64,000 nucleotides of DNA from Camelus dromedarius (Eukaryota): positions 40,984,001-41,048,000 of the forward strand of contig NC_087436.1 in the NCBI RefSeq assembly GCF_036321535.1. The letters run 5' to 3'. The notes beneath the pieces are model-generated. The model was not told the DNA's origin, ran no database searches, and saw nothing but the letters and a program-made list of their open reading frames with translations. Of the stretch, positions 62,400 to 64,000 are shown one piece after another (positions within the stretch are counted from its first letter, which is position 1; every line of letters starts with the position of its first letter). A program made the translations under genes and the position numbers.

Positions 62400-63445
62400 T
62401 AATCTGACGAGACCAACTAGAATCGATCTGCTAATCTAGTCTTCACTATCCAGACTGTCAATTGCTGCCTGGGCCAATCATCACACTGGATGCAGAAAAA
62501 CACACACCATTATATCCTCAGCAAAAAAGAAAAGAATCCACGTTTCAGATGCAAAGTCTACCACTGAATGCCATACTTGGGACGACGGCCAAAATTTAAC
62601 TTGTTCGTCTTATGATGGATTAACCTACGTAACATATGGCATTACCCCCAACCAGTTCTAGAAGATAGACTGGTGAACCCTTGCCCCCTTTCAGGGATAT
62701 TAATGGTGCCTCACTTCTGTTGACTTTTTTTTCACATTATTGTGTTGATGTTCCAACCCAACTGGCTAATTTCTGTCACATATATATGACCACTGAATGA
62801 AATCTCTGTTACCTGTTTGTTTTCTCAGATCATTTGCAGTCTGCCACGGTATTCCTATTATTGCCAAAGCCACTCAACAACGGGTGATACCCAAACGTAA
62901 TATGAACCCAGCATAATCCCTACAGTCCACAAGCACTTGATATCTCTGAGAGTTGATATGGCCGCCTCAAAAATTAACTCAAAGGAAATTCTAACCTTTC
63001 TACCCTCACCTTTTTCTATTCCATACACTTTAGTAATGACATTTTTTTAATTTCAATTAATGTGGCAGTCCCAGAAAGTGTCCCAGGTACTTCTCAGGTA
63101 ATGATCAGAATGAAAGAAATAGGAGTTTATATATTTTGAAAATTTAGGGTTTTATACTGGCCACTGATGGGCATAATACCCCTTTCTTGCCCTCAACTTA
63201 AACCCTTGGCCACACTGCTGGGCCAAAAGGAAGCACAGAGGATTTAAATTTCATTCTGGATGTTTTCTAAAAATGCAGTTATCTTGTAATAACCTTCAAT
63301 GAAAAAATATGAAAACGAATATATGTATGTAAAAATGCAATTATAATAACTCTTGCATTTGCCTCCTCTACAGGGAAAGTCTGGGTGTAAACAGATGATT
63401 GAAATTATAGGTAGTGCATGAGAAACACAGATTATGTAGTGGTGA
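62400..63445 (+). pseudogene. Class III (ERVL-type) retroviral integrase remnant and downstream internal sequence
   Basis: AWANHHTG...TECHTW (HHCC-like), F*KIDW.EPLPP.QGY*WCLTSVD (62656-62724), NLCYLFVFSDHLQS, IAKATQQ, PYSPQA..SES*YGRLKN, GKVWV; stops and frameshifts throughout. Confidence 0.82.
63283..63329 (+). mobile_element. 47-bp internal L1 3' UTR fragment without polyA, between 15-bp direct repeats
   Basis: Similar to the reverse complement of 41283-41342; flanks taaaaatgcagttat / taaaaatgcaattat. Confidence 0.75.
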
Positions 63446-63449
63446 ATGG

Positions 63450-64000
63450 TGTAAAATACAAATCAAAGATGGTAAAGAAATAATTCTCCCTATTGAAAAT
63501 AAGAGATCCCCCTCCCTTTTCTTTGGGCATTTACTTTAGAAAATGTGTAATTGCAAGTTATTTCTCTGTCTCTTTGTGATGTATGTAAATCTTTTTAAAA
63601 GCTAAATCAGGCTCTTGCCAGCATTCAGACTCAGGAATGTTTTTCTCAAGGACCTAGTCACCATCTCTTTGAAATGCAATCATTAGGAAGATAGATTCCT
63701 ATCTCCCAGTTTCTGTGGAAGGGTAGGAGCCTAACTTCTTCAGGTACCTGACTCCAAATGCAAAACTACCTCTTGTCATAAAGCTATCATGATTTTGTTT
63801 TTCATGTGGATAAAGTCAGCTAGCTAACAAAGATGATCACCCAATTACTGAGTAACTTTAGGATGAGATGTGTGATAAGCAGTGCTGTCAAATCCTCTTA
63901 CACAGTCATTCTCAAGATCAGTGTTAACTAGTTCCAGTAGGAGGATGTGTATCTGCTTGGCTATATAAAAGGATGAGATTTATTTGTCTTTGAAAATTTT
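63450..64000 (+). mobile_element. ERV1 LTR (MER34/MER89-group), runs off the window end
   Basis: 'tgtaaatctttttaaaagctaaat', 'caggaatgtttttctcaaggacct', 'tatctcccagtttctgtgg..gggtaggagcctaactt', TATA 'ctatataaaa' at 63961. Confidence 0.8.

Overview
AT-rich, CpG-poor mammalian non-coding DNA (giant intron or gene desert), most likely from a camelid. The evidence is a tRNA-Ala-derived SINE of the vic-1 type and camelid/artiodactyl-type L1 3' ends, with no Alu, Bov-tA/BovB, PRE1 or CAN SINEs seen. I find no recognisable host protein-coding gene; the supplied ORFs I could interpret are TE remnants, antisense L1, microsatellites or chance ORFs. About half the window is fossil transposable elements: L1MB/L1ME/L1MD pieces, L2, MIR, MaLR MLT1 LTRs, two Tigger1 copies and MER58A. 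It also holds a decayed class I ERV gag-pro-pol (43.85-47.9 kb), ERVL internal remnants (8.1-8.9 kb and 62.4-63.4 kb) and several solo LTRs. I found no convincing new gene system. The most unusual signals are small, sequence-provable insertion or repair scars: a perfect 75-bp copy of an MLT1A segment dropped 1.7 kb upstream with tandem filler, a ~95%-identical local MIR-tail duplication, and a 47-bp tailless L1 fragment between 15-bp duplications. There are also weak candidate micro-exons in a TE-poor block near 30-31 kb. Repeat subfamily names are from memory of consensus sequences and need RepeatMasker/Dfam confirmation; boundaries of old elements are approximate.
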